Position numbers and translations under genes: made by a program
Virus record (IMG/VR): IMGVR_UViG_3300042334_000410
Coordinates: 1 to 38,155 of that record
Reading direction: 5' to 3' (one strand)
DNA length: 38,155 nucleotides
DNA from: a virus
Taxonomy: Duplodnaviria > Caudoviricetes
Notes under the pieces: model-generated
Told to the model about the DNA's origin: nothing
What the model saw: the letters and a program-made list of their open reading frames with translations, nothing else
Database searches by the model: none
Shown here: piece by piece, positions 8,207 to 16,400 of the stretch
Layout: each line of letters opens with the position of its first letter
Position numbering within the stretch: position 1 is the first letter of the stretch

Positions 8207-8482
8207 ATGGAACAGGAAACAAATTCATATATCGCTATTCAACCAAATAGCCACTATCACGACGCCGCCTATAACGCAGGACTATGCAAATCAAGCCAGT
8301 ATTTGGTGATTGATTTCTTTTCTTGGGTTAAGTGGTACAACGACGCAAGATTTCAACGCAAGCCATTAGTGCCTACGCCAACATTTAGCGCAGACACTTA
8401 TGAAATTGCCTTGAAAGTAAGAGATGAACTAAACCAAGCCGCAGATAGCGTTTTGGAAACGACAGCAAAGGACAGTAAGTAA
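8207..8482 (+). CDS. Hypothetical protein
   Basis: ATG 8207 behind GAGGAC, directly after the previous stop. Confidence 0.7.
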   Translation: MEQETNSYIAIQPNSHYHDAAYNAGLCKSSQYLVIDFFSWVKWYNDARFQRKPLVPTPTFSADTYEIALKVRDELNQAADSVLETTAKDSK

Positions 8483-8483
8483 T

Positions 8484-9497
8484 ATGGCGCACAATCTAGA
8501 GCAGTTTGAAGATGGCACAACGGCGTTCTTCACAGCACGTGAAGTAGCGTGGCACAAACTAGGCACAGTTACAGATGGCGCACTTAACGCAGAAACAGCG
8601 TTACAGACCGCGCAACTGGATTGGACTGTATTTAAATCGGAAGAGCCAGTTACAACAATGGTTCCAATGTATGGCGATTCGGCTATGGAAGAAGGGTCAA
8701 TGGAAGAAGTTACGCACAAAGACCGCTTTATGACCTATCGCTATCACCCAAAAACAAAGCAAGCGGACGCACTTGGCGTGGTCGGCAATCGTTACACGCC
8801 TGTCCAAAATTCGGACGCGTTCTCGTTTCTTAATTATGTGTCAGATGAATCAGGCGCAGTTTTTGAAACGGCTGGCTCTATTGATAATGGGCGCAAAGTC
8901 TTTATGACAATGAAATTGCCAGATGGACTTAATATCGGCGGCATTGACGCTATTGATATGTATTTAATGGCGTGGAATACGCACGATGGGTCGTCCTCAT
9001 TTAGTGTGGCAGTTACGCCTATTCGTGTTGTATGTCAGAACACTTTAACGGCGGCTTTAAAAGCGGCTAAGAGTAAGTTCTCCGTACGCCACACCGCCTC
9101 ATCTAACGGCAAGATTCAAGCGGCACGTGAGGCACTTGGCATTACGTTTAAGTATGCCGAGGAATTTGAACGTGAGGCAGAATCGCTACTAAGCCAATCA
9201 ATGACGGACAAAGAGTTCGCCAAAATGGTTGAGATGGCTATTCCGCTTAATGACCCTGAATCACCACGTGCCGTCACAATGGCAGAACAAGCACGTGGAA
9301 CGTTGATGGCACTATGGAAAGCGCCAACACAACTCAATGTGGCTAATACAAAGTGGGCGGCATATAACACGTTCGCAGAGTATTCAGATTGGGCTAAGCC
9401 AGTTCGCTCTAAAGATGGCGAAGTGGCACGTGCCGAACGTATCGTGAATGGAAGTGGCGATAGGTTCAAAAACAAGATGTTGGCACTACTTAACTAA
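8484..9497 (+). CDS. DUF932 (TIGR03299 phage/plasmid-like) protein
   Basis: 'AWHKLGT', 'LGVVGNRYTPVQN', 'ETAGSI..GRKVF', 'NTHDGS', 'TPIRVVCQNTL', 'RHT', 'TKWAAYNTFAEY' motifs. Confidence 0.92.
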   Translation: MAHNLEQFEDGTTAFFTAREVAWHKLGTVTDGALNAETALQTAQLDWTVFKSEEPVTTMVPMYGDSAMEEGSMEEVTHKDRFMTYRYHPKTKQADALGVVGNRYTPVQNSDAFSFLNYVSDESGAVFETAGSIDNGRKVFMTMKLPDGLNIGGIDAIDMYLMAWNTHDGSSSFSVAVTPIRVVCQNTLTAALKAAKSKFSVRHTASSNGKIQAAREALGITFKYAEEFEREAESLLSQSMTDKEFAKMVEMAIPLNDPESPRAVTMAEQARGTLMALWKAPTQLNVANTKWAAYNTFAEYSDWAKPVRSKDGEVARAERIVNGSGDRFKNKMLALLN

Positions 9498-9515
9498 CCA
9501 GCCAAACTAACCGAT

Positions 9516-9576
9516 TAGGCGCGTTGGCGCTTTTCTAGTGACACAAAGACACACAGAAAAGTGGCTAACGCGCCTA
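9516..9576 (+). other. Long imperfect intergenic hairpin (processing site or terminator)
   Basis: TAGGCGCGTTGGC/GCTAACGCGCCTA plus GCTTTTCT/AGAAAAGT stems. Confidence 0.65.
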
Positions 9577-9605
9577 TGACGTTCCTATGACGTATCAAGT
9601 AGAAT
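9576..9605 (+). promoter_or_regulatory. Putative sigma70-type promoter overlapped by a direct repeat
   Basis: ATGACG (9576-81)...TAGAAT (9600-05); CCTATGACGT x2 at 9573 and 9584. Confidence 0.4.
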
Positions 9606-9626
9606 CTATCTAGGGGGCAACCACAA

Positions 9627-9854
9627 ATGAGTAATGTTTTAGCAGTTCTATTCGCTACGTTTTTTAGTGGCGCGATTTTGTATTTCATACGTTCAACATA
9701 TCCGTCAGCACATCGCCTAACAGTTCGCGGCAATCGCCTCGTATTTCTCCTGTTGTTAGTAGTCGGCTTTTTTATGGCGGAATTTATTATGCACTTTTAT
9801 ATTAATTGTGACCTAACGCAACCAAATTCGGCGTGCCAAATTGGTTGGATATAG
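9627..9854 (+). CDS. Small membrane protein
   Basis: AGGGGG RBS; two TM helices; 'RLTVRG' motif. Confidence 0.7.
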   Translation: MSNVLAVLFATFFSGAILYFIRSTYPSAHRLTVRGNRLVFLLLLVVGFFMAEFIMHFYINCDLTQPNSACQIGWI

Positions 9855-9917
9855 GCGCAGTTGTTTCAGCCGATGTGCAAGGCGCACACGGCGCAAAGTA
9901 GGAAGGCAAAGCACCAA

Positions 9918-10127
9918 ATGGCAAGAATATACATAAAGGCAATCGTGGCAGTAGATATGCCCGAGCCAAAGGCAACACTAGAAAAGCAAAGCACAAAAGA
10001 ACGTAACGAACAGTTACGCGAATACGCGGCGGAAAGAATTCTTGACGCCTTAACGCTCGCGGAACTAAACCCATCAATACAGAGAATCAATCTCTCCCGA
10101 CCAATAAAGGACAGCACAAATGAGTAA
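9918..10127 (+). CDS. Hypothetical protein
   Basis: ATG 9918 behind GGAAGGC. Confidence 0.7.
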   Translation: MARIYIKAIVAVDMPEPKATLEKQSTKERNEQLREYAAERILDALTLAELNPSIQRINLSRPIKDSTNE

Positions 10128-10929
10128 TAATTCAGCACTCGCGGTAAATTCTGACCAAAACTTTTGGGACGAACAGCAATTAGCGGCACTAAAGCAGATT
10201 GGGCTTATGAACGCGCCAAAGCCTGAACTAGCCGTGTTTCTTCATTACTGCCAGCGAACAGGCTTAGACCCATTCGCACGGCAGATTTATATGATTGAGA
10301 GAGGCGGACGTTACACAATTCAGTCCAGCATTGATGGACTTAGAATCGTGGCGCAACGCTCTAACGAATACGCAGGACAGGCTGGACCGTTTTGGTGTGG
10401 CGATGATGGCGTATGGACGGACGTATGGCTACAACAGACACCGCCAACGGCTGCAAAAGTAGGCGTTATGCGAAAAGGTTTCACAGAAGTTTTGTGGGCT
10501 GTCGCTAAGTTTGAAAGTTATAACGCCAACTCACCAATTTGGAAAAAAATGCCTGACTTAATGATAGCCAAATGTGCCGAGGCGTTAGCGTTACGCAAGG
10601 CGTTTCCAAACGACCTATCAGGCATTTACACGGCAGAGGAAATGGAACAAGCAACGCCAGCGAGCGCGCCAGTTCCACAGCCTGTTGTGGAAATTGTTGA
10701 GGCGGCTCCAAAAACTAGCAAGGCAAATGCGGAACTAACTGTTGATTTACTCAACATTTTAGATGAAGTGGATAAAACCACAACAGTAGAAGCACTAAAG
10801 GCGTTATTTGACCGCCATAAAGTCTATTTAGATTATATGTTTATGTCGCCAGTTCTTGGGCAAGAAATTAATCTACGTATGGCGATTATGGTTCGCAAAA
10901 GCGAATTGGAAGATGGCGCAAATGCTTGA
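10120..10929 (+). CDS. bet: Single-strand annealing recombinase (Bet/RecT family)
   Basis: 'FLHYCQRTGLDPFARQIY', 'SIDGLRIVAQRS', 'WKKMPDLMIAKCAEALALRKAFP'. Confidence 0.92.
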   Translation: MSNNSALAVNSDQNFWDEQQLAALKQIGLMNAPKPELAVFLHYCQRTGLDPFARQIYMIERGGRYTIQSSIDGLRIVAQRSNEYAGQAGPFWCGDDGVWTDVWLQQTPPTAAKVGVMRKGFTEVLWAVAKFESYNANSPIWKKMPDLMIAKCAEALALRKAFPNDLSGIYTAEEMEQATPASAPVPQPVVEIVEAAPKTSKANAELTVDLLNILDEVDKTTTVEALKALFDRHKVYLDYMFMSPVLGQEINLRMAIMVRKSELEDGANA

Positions 10930-11248
10930 TTCTAATTTCCATTGGGAGTTAGATTTTACTGGCGAAACAACGCCTGCGGATAGATTTCAAACGTTCCACG
11001 AACGTAATCCGCAGGTGTTTTCGGCACTTGAATCAATGACTCAAGAGATGTATCAACGTGGGCGCAAACGTATCGGAATTAATATGCTGTTAGAAGTATT
11101 GCGCTGGAATTACTATATGAAAACGGACGACCCAAATTCCGATTTCAAAATCAATAACAATTACGCGCCATATTACGCACGGCTGTTAATTGATAAGCAC
11201 CCCGAATGGTCTGACCTATTCCAACTAAGAGAGATGAGAAGCAAGTGA
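10922..11248 (+). CDS. Conserved phage hypothetical protein
   Basis: 'FHERNPQVF...EVLRW...FKINNNYAPYYARL...FQLR' is a recurring phage family; ATG 10922. Confidence 0.8.
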   Translation: MLDSNFHWELDFTGETTPADRFQTFHERNPQVFSALESMTQEMYQRGRKRIGINMLLEVLRWNYYMKTDDPNSDFKINNNYAPYYARLLIDKHPEWSDLFQLREMRSK

Positions 11249-11481
11249 GCAAAGATATAAATGCAGAGTGGCTGGCGCTGTTAGAAAAACTTAATGGCGG
11301 CACACGTGTTACAACTAGTTCAGTAAAAATTCGTTACAAGGAAGCCAAGCCGTTAATTAATGTGCCACTAGAGGCACTATTTGAGTTATACGGCAATCTA
11401 ATTATGGCTGGCTTTGAAAAGGACGAGGCGTTGATAATCACGTGTTCGGTTATCAAGGACGATAATGAAAGAGCCAGTTAG
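11245..11481 (+). CDS. Hypothetical protein
   Basis: GTGA overlap with upstream gene; 'LIMAGFEKDEAL'. Confidence 0.7.
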   Translation: MSKDINAEWLALLEKLNGGTRVTTSSVKIRYKEAKPLINVPLEALFELYGNLIMAGFEKDEALIITCSVIKDDNERAS

Positions 11482-11584
11482 ATGTTGGTACTGTGGAAAC
11501 TGGAAAATAAACGCCACAGACCAATGTTCGGTGTGTGGCTACGGCGCAAAAGGAATCGCAAATGGTAACGCCACAAGCGATTGA
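11465..11584 (+). CDS. Small Zn-finger protein (39 aa, not in ORF track)
   Basis: AAGGAC RBS; MKEPVRCWYCGNWKINATDQCSVCGYGAKGIANGNATSD with two CxxC. Confidence 0.6.
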   Translation: MKEPVRCWYCGNWKINATDQCSVCGYGAKGIANGNATSD

Positions 11585-11900
11585 GAATCGCCTAGCCAAT
11601 CTAAGCCGAGAAGTTGATGAATCTCATCAGTTTCTAAATGACGCGGAAGTGGCGTATCACGCCGCTAAAGCCACCTATGAAATAGCAATGGCAACATCTA
11701 GGCTGTCATTTGCAGGCGACAAATTAAGAGTTCAGGACGTGCAAGATATAGCGTTACGAGATAACGCACATCTATATCGCGCCTTGAATACCGCCGAAGC
11801 GACAGTAAAGGCGGCACGTGCCAATGCACAACGCATACGCACACAAGTAGATATAGCACGGTCTATCGGAACGTCCGTTAGAGCAAGTTTGGAAATGTAA
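11562..11900 (+). CDS. Coiled-coil hypothetical protein
   Basis: ATG 11562 behind AAGGA; helical composition. Confidence 0.75.
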   Translation: MVTPQAIENRLANLSREVDESHQFLNDAEVAYHAAKATYEIAMATSRLSFAGDKLRVQDVQDIALRDNAHLYRALNTAEATVKAARANAQRIRTQVDIARSIGTSVRASLEM

Positions 11901-11910
11901 AGGACAGAAA

Positions 11911-12144
11911 ATGAAAGTTTCATTTATTAGAACCATAATCGCCAACAAAAAACCTGATTACGAAATTGCTGTAATTTGGTTTGACAAAACGGACGCCGAA
12001 ATGGTTGCCGAAGATGACCTATCGCCTGCCGAATGGAATGCAATCGTTAGAAAATTCTCTGAAAGTAAGCACTTAAATCAAGTAGCCGATGAGTTAATGG
12101 ACGAATTGGTACAAAAAACAATAGACAAAAGGACAGCAAAATGA
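11911..12144 (+). CDS. Hypothetical protein
   Basis: AAGGACAG RBS motif. Confidence 0.75.
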   Translation: MKVSFIRTIIANKKPDYEIAVIWFDKTDAEMVAEDDLSPAEWNAIVRKFSESKHLNQVADELMDELVQKTIDKRTAK

Positions 12145-13046
12145 AAATAGATGAAATGTTAATGAAGGCACTTACGGCGTACGACAATAACCGCGCTCGC
12201 TCTCAGCAAATAGAGATTGGCGTATCACAGATTGGCGGCTGTCGTACACAAGTTTGGTTGCAATTGCAAGACGCCGAACGCACAAACGATACGTTAAAAC
12301 TGCCTGCACTTATGGGTACAGCAATTCATAAGATGATTGAAGAGGCTTTGGCGGCTGATTGGAATGAATTCCAAATGGAACGCGAAGTAGAGTATGACGG
12401 CTTAATGGGTCACATTGATTTATATGTGCCGTCCATTGGCGCCGTTGTAGATTGGAAAACAACCAAGTTAAAGAATTTGGATTATTTTCCAAGTAAGCAA
12501 CAACGTTGGCAAGTTCATTTATACGCCTTTTTACTGTCAAAAAACGCAGAAACCCCAAAGACAGTAACATTAGTTGGCATACCGCGTGACGGCGATGAGC
12601 GACACATAAAAATCCACACGGAAGAATATGACGAGCAAATGGCATTGGACGCGTTGTTGTGGCTGGCTGACGTTAAACAACGTACAGAAGCGCCAGCGCC
12701 TGAACGCCACGCGGCTCAATTTTGCCAACATTATTGTCCATATTTTGGCGATGTTTGTATGGGAAAGGGCAAAGAAGTTAATACGCAAACCATTACAGAT
12801 GACGTGGTGATTGGCGCCGTTGATAAATATATTGAAATATCCGCCGAAATTAAAACGCTAGAAGATAAAAAGGACGGCATTAAAGCGTTACTAGAAAATG
12901 TTGATGGCGTTACGCCAAGTGGCGTGGCTGTTAAATGGTCGCAAGTGGCAGGGCGGTCATCTATTGACGAGCAAGAAGTTCAAAAACTCCTAGGTTATGT
13001 CCCGAAAAAGCAAGGCGACCCTTCTATGCGATTGACGGTGAAATAA
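12141..13046 (+). CDS. PD-(D/E)XK exonuclease (Cas4/RecB-like), partner of Bet
   Basis: 'IGVSQIGGCR', 'GTAIH', 'E...GHIDL...VDWKT', 'QVHLYA', 'FCQHYCPY...C'. Confidence 0.9.
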   Translation: MKIDEMLMKALTAYDNNRARSQQIEIGVSQIGGCRTQVWLQLQDAERTNDTLKLPALMGTAIHKMIEEALAADWNEFQMEREVEYDGLMGHIDLYVPSIGAVVDWKTTKLKNLDYFPSKQQRWQVHLYAFLLSKNAETPKTVTLVGIPRDGDERHIKIHTEEYDEQMALDALLWLADVKQRTEAPAPERHAAQFCQHYCPYFGDVCMGKGKEVNTQTITDDVVIGAVDKYIEISAEIKTLEDKKDGIKALLENVDGVTPSGVAVKWSQVAGRSSIDEQEVQKLLGYVPKKQGDPSMRLTVK

Positions 13047-13891
13047 TGACGTGGGTAAAAATTGACGATTCGTTTCCGAATCACCCAAAGATAGTTGGAC
13101 TAAGTGACAAGGCGTTTCGAATACACATTAGCGGTTTGTGTTATTGCGGCACATACTTAACAGATGGCTTTGTGCCAATGACTATTGCGGCGCGATTTGC
13201 CAATGATGAGATGAAATACATTGTAGAACTAGAGCAGGCTGGCTTATGGCGTGAAGCGTCACAGGATAGTGGCTTCTACATACACGATTACTTGGCACAT
13301 CAAACAAGTAAGACACAGGTGGAAGAGAAGCGCCAAACTGTCAGAGAGAGGCAGAAGCGTTATCGTGAGCGCCACAAAGTCACAGAGGCAGAGCCAGCCG
13401 AATCGGAAGGCGGTGATGACGGCTGGAGTAACGCGTTAGTTACGCCTTCAGAATACAGAATACAGAATACAGATAACAGAACACAGAATACAGAATACAT
13501 AAATACAGAAGAAGAAGAAAACCTTCCTACGCCTAGAAATAAAAGCGCCAAAGTGGCAGTAGAAATAATTGCAAACAAGTTAGCCATAGCAAGAGCAGAT
13601 GGCATTAACGCTTGGAACTTATCCAAATTAGTGGAAGAAGAATGGGATAAGTTACACGCGGCTGATGACATAGGCGGCTGTATTGCACTAACGGCTTGGT
13701 ACGTATCAGAACTTCAATCGCGCCAGTTATCTAGCGCCGAGATTGGGCGTATCGGACAAATGACCAAACGTTTTGGCAGAATTGCGTTACTAGCCATTGA
13801 TGAGGCGGCTAGTAAGGATTTAACCGACTTGGTCAGTTATGCCTTCCGCGTGGCGCAAAATATGTATGCAAGCAAGGCAGGCGCACAATAA
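13046..13891 (+). CDS. Replication initiator / replisome organiser
   Basis: 'MTWVKIDDSFPNHPKI', 'IHDYLAHQ', 'RERQKRYRER' and a low-complexity linker encoded by DNA repeats. Confidence 0.8.
   Translation: MTWVKIDDSFPNHPKIVGLSDKAFRIHISGLCYCGTYLTDGFVPMTIAARFANDEMKYIVELEQAGLWREASQDSGFYIHDYLAHQTSKTQVEEKRQTVRERQKRYRERHKVTEAEPAESEGGDDGWSNALVTPSEYRIQNTDNRTQNTEYINTEEEENLPTPRNKSAKVAVEIIANKLAIARADGINAWNLSKLVEEEWDKLHAADDIGGCIALTAWYVSELQSRQLSSAEIGRIGQMTKRFGRIALLAIDEAASKDLTDLVSYAFRVAQNMYASKAGAQ
13449..13510 (+). repeat. 7-bp tandem repeat (CAGAATA)n, candidate replication-origin iterons
   Basis: CAGAATA x3, CAGATAA, CAGAACA, CAGAATA x2, then CATAAATA-CAGAA. Confidence 0.8.
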
Positions 13892-13949
13892 AAAGTGCGC
13901 AGTTGTTTGTGCCGATAGGCGGCGCAACATTTAACCGAAAGGCAGGCAA

Positions 13950-14228
13950 ATGAAGTTCGTATGCAAAGAAAACCATTGGTCAGTAACAGATGGGCAGTTA
14001 ATTCTTAACACGCCAAATGGCAACGACCAAGAAACCGCCAAAAAAATTATCGCTGTACTGGAAAAACAGATACGCCAGCGTATTTATGACGATATTTGTA
14101 GTTGGGAGCCAATCTCTAATCGCAAACAGATTCTGAAAGTATCAGGGACGATGGATAACGCGCTTTTGGGGGTACAGCACATCTGCGCGAACATAGCGTT
14201 AGGGGAAAAAGATGGCTCTAGCCTGTAA
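13950..14228 (+). CDS. Hypothetical protein
   Basis: GAAAGGCAGG RBS. Confidence 0.75.
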   Translation: MKFVCKENHWSVTDGQLILNTPNGNDQETAKKIIAVLEKQIRQRIYDDICSWEPISNRKQILKVSGTMDNALLGVQHICANIALGEKDGSSL

Positions 14229-14511
14229 GCGCGAGGGCTGTAAATGCAGTCACACAAATTGCGATAACGGCTATATTTTCACCACATATGTAAGCAAAAC
14301 AGAAAATAAAGCCAGAAATGGCGAGAAAATAGTGGTGGAAACCGAATATGAAGGGGTATTATTTTGCCCAGACTGCGACCCAGAAAGGGCGCACATACAA
14401 AGCACGTCCTCATCTAGCGAGGAAATGGCACGCCGCCTTAATGAGCGTAGCCCAATCAAACGAGCAGAAATCTACGAAAAACAAGAAGCCAGCAAAACTC
14501 GGATTCTTTAA
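14212..14511 (+). CDS. Cys-rich hypothetical protein
   Basis: AGGGG RBS; CxxxxCxCxHxxC...CxxC. Confidence 0.75.
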   Translation: MALACKREGCKCSHTNCDNGYIFTTYVSKTENKARNGEKIVVETEYEGVLFCPDCDPERAHIQSTSSSSEEMARRLNERSPIKRAEIYEKQEASKTRIL

Positions 14512-14521
14512 GGAGTAGCAA

Positions 14522-14929
14522 ATGCAAAAACAAAAAATACAACAAATGGCTTTAGTAATGGCTACGGCTTTATTATTGCCAGTAGGAACGTCAGCAGAAG
14601 CCGAAGCGCCACATAAGCCAGTAGAAATTATCTTAACGGCTGAACAGATAGCGGCGCAAAACCCAAAACAATACGCAAAAGACCAATTTACCAAATTTAA
14701 CTGGTCAGATGAACAGATGAGTTGCTTAGGCAAATTATGGGGAAAAGAATCGGCTTGGAATCATTTAGCGGATAATCCGCACAGCACGGCGTTTGGCATA
14801 GCCCAAATGTTAGGCGAAGATTCTCTGCTAGTATCGGTGCAAATTGACAGGGGGTTGCGTTACATTGAACACAGATACGGAAAACCTTGTGTGGCTTGGC
14901 AATTCTGGCAACGTAACAAGTGGTATTGA
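14522..14929 (+). CDS. Lytic transglycosylase (SLT-like) with N-terminal signal/TM segment
   Basis: 'CLGKLWGKESAWN...NPHSTAFGIAQ...QIDRGLRYIEHRYGKPCVAWQFWQRNKWY'. Confidence 0.9.
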   Translation: MQKQKIQQMALVMATALLLPVGTSAEAEAPHKPVEIILTAEQIAAQNPKQYAKDQFTKFNWSDEQMSCLGKLWGKESAWNHLADNPHSTAFGIAQMLGEDSLLVSVQIDRGLRYIEHRYGKPCVAWQFWQRNKWY

Positions 14930-15383
14930 AAAATCTTTTTTTGTTAAAGGTAAGCCAGTATCGCAAGGCTCTTTAAAGTTTATTAAGGGTCACGCCATAC
15001 ACGTTAAAGGTCGTGAGTTGGCGTTATGGCGCGGCACTATTGCGGCTATGGCGCGTTCAACAAACATCACAAAAATACAGGTCGGCGTAGATATGGAGTT
15101 GCTGTTTGTTTTTAACAGACCAAAAACTGTTAAACGTGATGAGCCGTACGTGCGTCCTGATTTGGATAAATTAATTCGCGCTGTTCTTGATGGCTTAACT
15201 GGCGTTGCTTATGAAGATGACCAGCAAGTTGTGCGCTTAACGGCGCAAAAGGCGTATGGCGAAACAGAAGGCGTACACATTAAAATTAGCGAGCGCCTAT
15301 CAAGCGGTATTCGCCCAAGTAAAGATTTCGTTACTGGCGCCGTCCAACGGATTAATAAAAGCCTCAACAGAAACACCGATTAA
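14889..15383 (+). CDS. rusA: RusA-family Holliday junction resolvase (start uncertain)
   Basis: 'GKPVSQGS', 'RPDLDKLIRAVLDGLTGVAYEDDQQVV'. Confidence 0.88.
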   Translation: MWLGNSGNVTSGIEKSFFVKGKPVSQGSLKFIKGHAIHVKGRELALWRGTIAAMARSTNITKIQVGVDMELLFVFNRPKTVKRDEPYVRPDLDKLIRAVLDGLTGVAYEDDQQVVRLTAQKAYGETEGVHIKISERLSSGIRPSKDFVTGAVQRINKSLNRNTD

Positions 15384-15412
15384 GCCACCTACTTGCTCAT
15401 AAAGGACAGTAA

Positions 15413-15763
15413 ATGACAGATTGGACGGCTCTACGTGAGGCAGTTCTTGCACGGTGCCAAAACTACTGTGAGTTATGCGGTAACGCACTTACAGACACGT
15501 TTGCACTACATCATCGCAAACTTAAATCACGTGGCGGCAAAGACACCATAGATAACTTAATTGCGTTACATCACGCCTGCCACAATATGGGTAATAACGC
15601 CGTACATCTAAACGTGCAAAAAGCCACAGCAAGCGGACATATGGTTCCCACATACGCCACGCCGTCTGCCTATCCATTACTTTTGCCTAACGGTTCTCTT
15701 GTTACACTTAGCGAGGAAGGCACATACATTTACTTAGAGAAGGCGGACAAAGATGGCTGGTGA
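15413..15763 (+). CDS. HNH endonuclease
   Basis: 'CELCG...LHHRKLKSRGGKDTIDNLIALHHACH'; AAGGACAG RBS. Confidence 0.88.
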   Translation: MTDWTALREAVLARCQNYCELCGNALTDTFALHHRKLKSRGGKDTIDNLIALHHACHNMGNNAVHLNVQKATASGHMVPTYATPSAYPLLLPNGSLVTLSEEGTYIYLEKADKDGW

Positions 15764-16133
15764 AGGCGTTATAACAGTTACAGGTAATATCGGCAACGAT
15801 TTCGGAATTGCATTTACACAAAGCAATAAAGCATATGCAAAGTTTTCGTTGGCAAATACGCCACGCATTAAGAAAGATGATGTTTGGCAAGATGGCGTTA
15901 CAACTTGGTTTAATTGCACAATTTGGGGACGTGACGCGGAAGTTGCAGTAGAACATCTACGTAAAGGCGCTCGCGTAATCGTTACAGGTCGCTTTGCAGC
16001 AAACGCGTACACAGATAAAGAAGGCAAAGAACGCACATCATTGGACATTAGTGTTGATAGTTACGGCGTAGTGCCACGCAACACAAATAATGCGCCAGTT
16101 ACAACCGAAACAGCAAACGACCCTTGGGCTTAG
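15753..16133 (+). CDS. ssb: Single-stranded DNA-binding protein
   Basis: 'ITVTGNI', 'WFNCTIWG..AE', 'LRKGARVIVTGR', 'YTDKEGKERTS', C-terminal DPWA. Confidence 0.93.
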   Translation: MAGEGVITVTGNIGNDFGIAFTQSNKAYAKFSLANTPRIKKDDVWQDGVTTWFNCTIWGRDAEVAVEHLRKGARVIVTGRFAANAYTDKEGKERTSLDISVDSYGVVPRNTNNAPVTTETANDPWA

Positions 16134-16144
16134 AAAGGCACACA

Positions 16145-16330
16145 ATGGAAAATGTAATTGATTCAGATAAGGCGGCAGAATTGTTAGGCATTACAAAAAA
16201 CAATTTGCGACAATTGGTTTACCGGAAACTGCTTGTCCCTGTCGGCAAGCAGAAACGGCGTTCTCTATTTAACGTAGAGGACGTTGCGAAGGTAAAAGAA
16301 GCCCGTAAGCCGTCGGTCCCTTCGGCTTAA
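16145..16330 (+). CDS. Helix-turn-helix DNA-binding protein (MerR/excisionase-like)
   Basis: 'DKAAELLGITKNNLRQLVYRKLL...RSLFNVEDV'; ATG 16145 behind GAAAGGC. Confidence 0.85.
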   Translation: MENVIDSDKAAELLGITKNNLRQLVYRKLLVPVGKQKRRSLFNVEDVAKVKEARKPSVPSA

Positions 16331-16340
16331 CTGTGGCTCG

Positions 16341-16380
16341 GAGAGAGTGCAGGCACCTGTCCTGCCTGTACTCTCTCTTT
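16341..16380 (+). terminator. Hairpin (terminator-like / candidate 3'-end sRNA) with loop CCTGTCC
   Basis: 15-bp stem GAGAGAGTGCAGGCA/TGCCTGTACTCTCTC, 7-nt loop, then TTTACATTT. Confidence 0.7.
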
Positions 16381-16400
16381 ACATTTATAGAGAGGCAAAA

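Noticed and set aside
12141-13046. Cas4-like nuclease as a sign of CRISPR
   Set aside because: No repeat-spacer array or other cas genes; it sits in a Bet recombination module
13449-13510. Tandem repeat as a CRISPR array
   Set aside because: 7-bp contiguous units without spacers
16145-16330. Excisionase implying lysogeny
   Set aside because: No integrase, att-like site or repressor module seen anywhere in the genome
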